Positions 35,601-36,782 of a stretch of DNA of 36,782 nt are shown here, piece by piece (positions within the stretch are counted from its first letter, which is position 1; each line of letters starts with the position of its first letter). The DNA comes from Nemertoderma westbladi (lineage: Eukaryota > Animalia > Xenacoelomorpha): positions 1-36,782 of the forward strand of contig JAUCBJ010004702.1 in NCBI GenBank assembly GCA_032718475.1, read 5' to 3'. The notes under the pieces were generated by a model. That model made no database searches and was not told the origin of the DNA. It worked only from the letters and a program-made list of their open reading frames with translations. Position numbers and translations under genes: made by a program.

Positions 35601-36782
35601 GCCGTAACGCGAGAATCAGTAGCCGTAACGAGACAGTGAGTAGCCGTAACGTGACAGAGAGTAGCAGTAACGCTACAGTGAGTAGCCATAACGCGACAGT
35701 GAGTAGCCATAATATGACAGTGAGTAGCAGTAGTGCGACAGTGAGTAGCTGTAACGCGAGAATCAGTAGCCATAACGCGACAGTGAGTAGCCGTAACGTG
35801 GCAGTGAGTAGCAGTAACGCGACAGTGAGAAGCCATAACGCGACAGTGAGTAGCAGTAGCGCCACAGTGAGTAGCAGTAGTGCGACAGTAGCTGTAACGC
35901 GACAGTGAGTAGCCGTAACGCGACAGTGAGTAGCAGTAAAGCGACAGTGAGTAGCAGTAGCGCGACAGAGAGTAGCCATAACGCGACAGTGAGTAGCCGT
36001 AACGCGACAGTGAGTAGCAGTAGCGCGACAGAGAGTAGCAGTAGTGCGACAGTGAGTAGCCATAACGCGAGAATCTGTAGCCGCAACGCGACAGTGAGTA
36101 GCCTTAACGCGACAGAGAGTAGCAGTAACGTGACAGTGAGTAGCCATAACGCGACAGTGAGTAGCCGTAACGCAACAGTGAGTAGCAGTAACGCAACAGT
36201 GAGTAGCAGTAACACGACAGTGAGTAGCCATAACGCAACAGTGAGTGTCCGTAACGCGACAGTGAGTAGCAGTAATGCGACAGTGAGTAGCAGTAGCATG
36301 ACAGAGAGTAGCCGTAACGCGACAATGAGTAGCCGTAACGCGGCAGTGAGTAGCCGTAACGCGACAGAGAGTAGCCGTAACGCAACAGTGAGTAGCCGTA
36401 GTGCGAGAATCAGTAGCCGTAACGCGACAGTGAGTAGCCGTAATGCGGCAGAGAGTAGCAGTAACGCGACAGTGAGTAGCAGTAACACGACAGTGAGTAG
36501 CCATAACGCAACAGTGAGTGTCCGTAACGCGACAGTGAGTAGCCGTAATGCGACAGTGAGTAGCAGTAGCATGACAGAGAGTAGCCGTAACGCGACAGTG
36601 AGTAGCCGTAACGCGACAGTGAGTAGCCGTAATGCGACAGAGAGTAGCCGTAACGCAACAGTGAGTAGCCGTAGTGCGAGAATCAGTAGCCGTAACGCGA
36701 CAGTGAGTAGCCGTAATGCGGCAGAGAGTAGCAGTAACGCGACAGTGAGTAGCAGTAACGCAACAGTGAGTAGCCGTAACGC
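26640..36782. repeat. 21-bp CpG-rich satellite (~480 monomers visible) with 2684-bp higher-order repeat; runs off the window
   Basis: Consensus GTAACGCGACAGTGAGTAGCC. A unique 17-bp monomer (ACAGTAGCTG) recurs at 28715, 30517, 33201 and 35885, giving spacings of 1802, 2684 and 2684 bp. Confidence 0.99.

Noticed and set aside
26617-36572. Giant ORFs (ATHCRVT, LLTVALR, SSRNATV, YGYSLSR repeats) as protein-coding genes
   Set aside because: They result from a 21-bp unit divisible by three; they are open on both strands and shift frame at each 17-bp monomer.

Overview
AT-rich, repeat-dominated eukaryotic DNA, most likely an invertebrate animal. There are no prokaryotic genes, operons or CRISPR arrays. 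The first ~21 kb is a nest of decayed transposable elements: tRNA-derived SINEs (one next to a candidate minimal hammerhead ribozyme, one with a Meta-type core and a 15-bp TSD), a LINE ORF1 relic, a Harbinger-type MADF relic, a non-autonomous DNA element with long TIRs, a Ty3/Gypsy LTR element (+) carrying a SINE and a 9-bp-TSD Mutator-like MITE, an internally deleted BEL/Pao element (-) and a near full-length but broken RTE LINE (-). From 21 to 26 kb there are weak candidate exons of a minus-strand host gene, mixed with 22-bp, 22-bp and 38-bp tandem arrays. The last 10.1 kb is a CpG-rich 21-bp satellite with a 2684-bp (128-monomer) higher-order repeat, and it continues past the window end. 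The giant ORFs in that satellite are explained by repeat arithmetic. I found no convincing new protein-coding system. The best leads are the hammerhead/Pol III element at the left edge and the structure and origin of the satellite.
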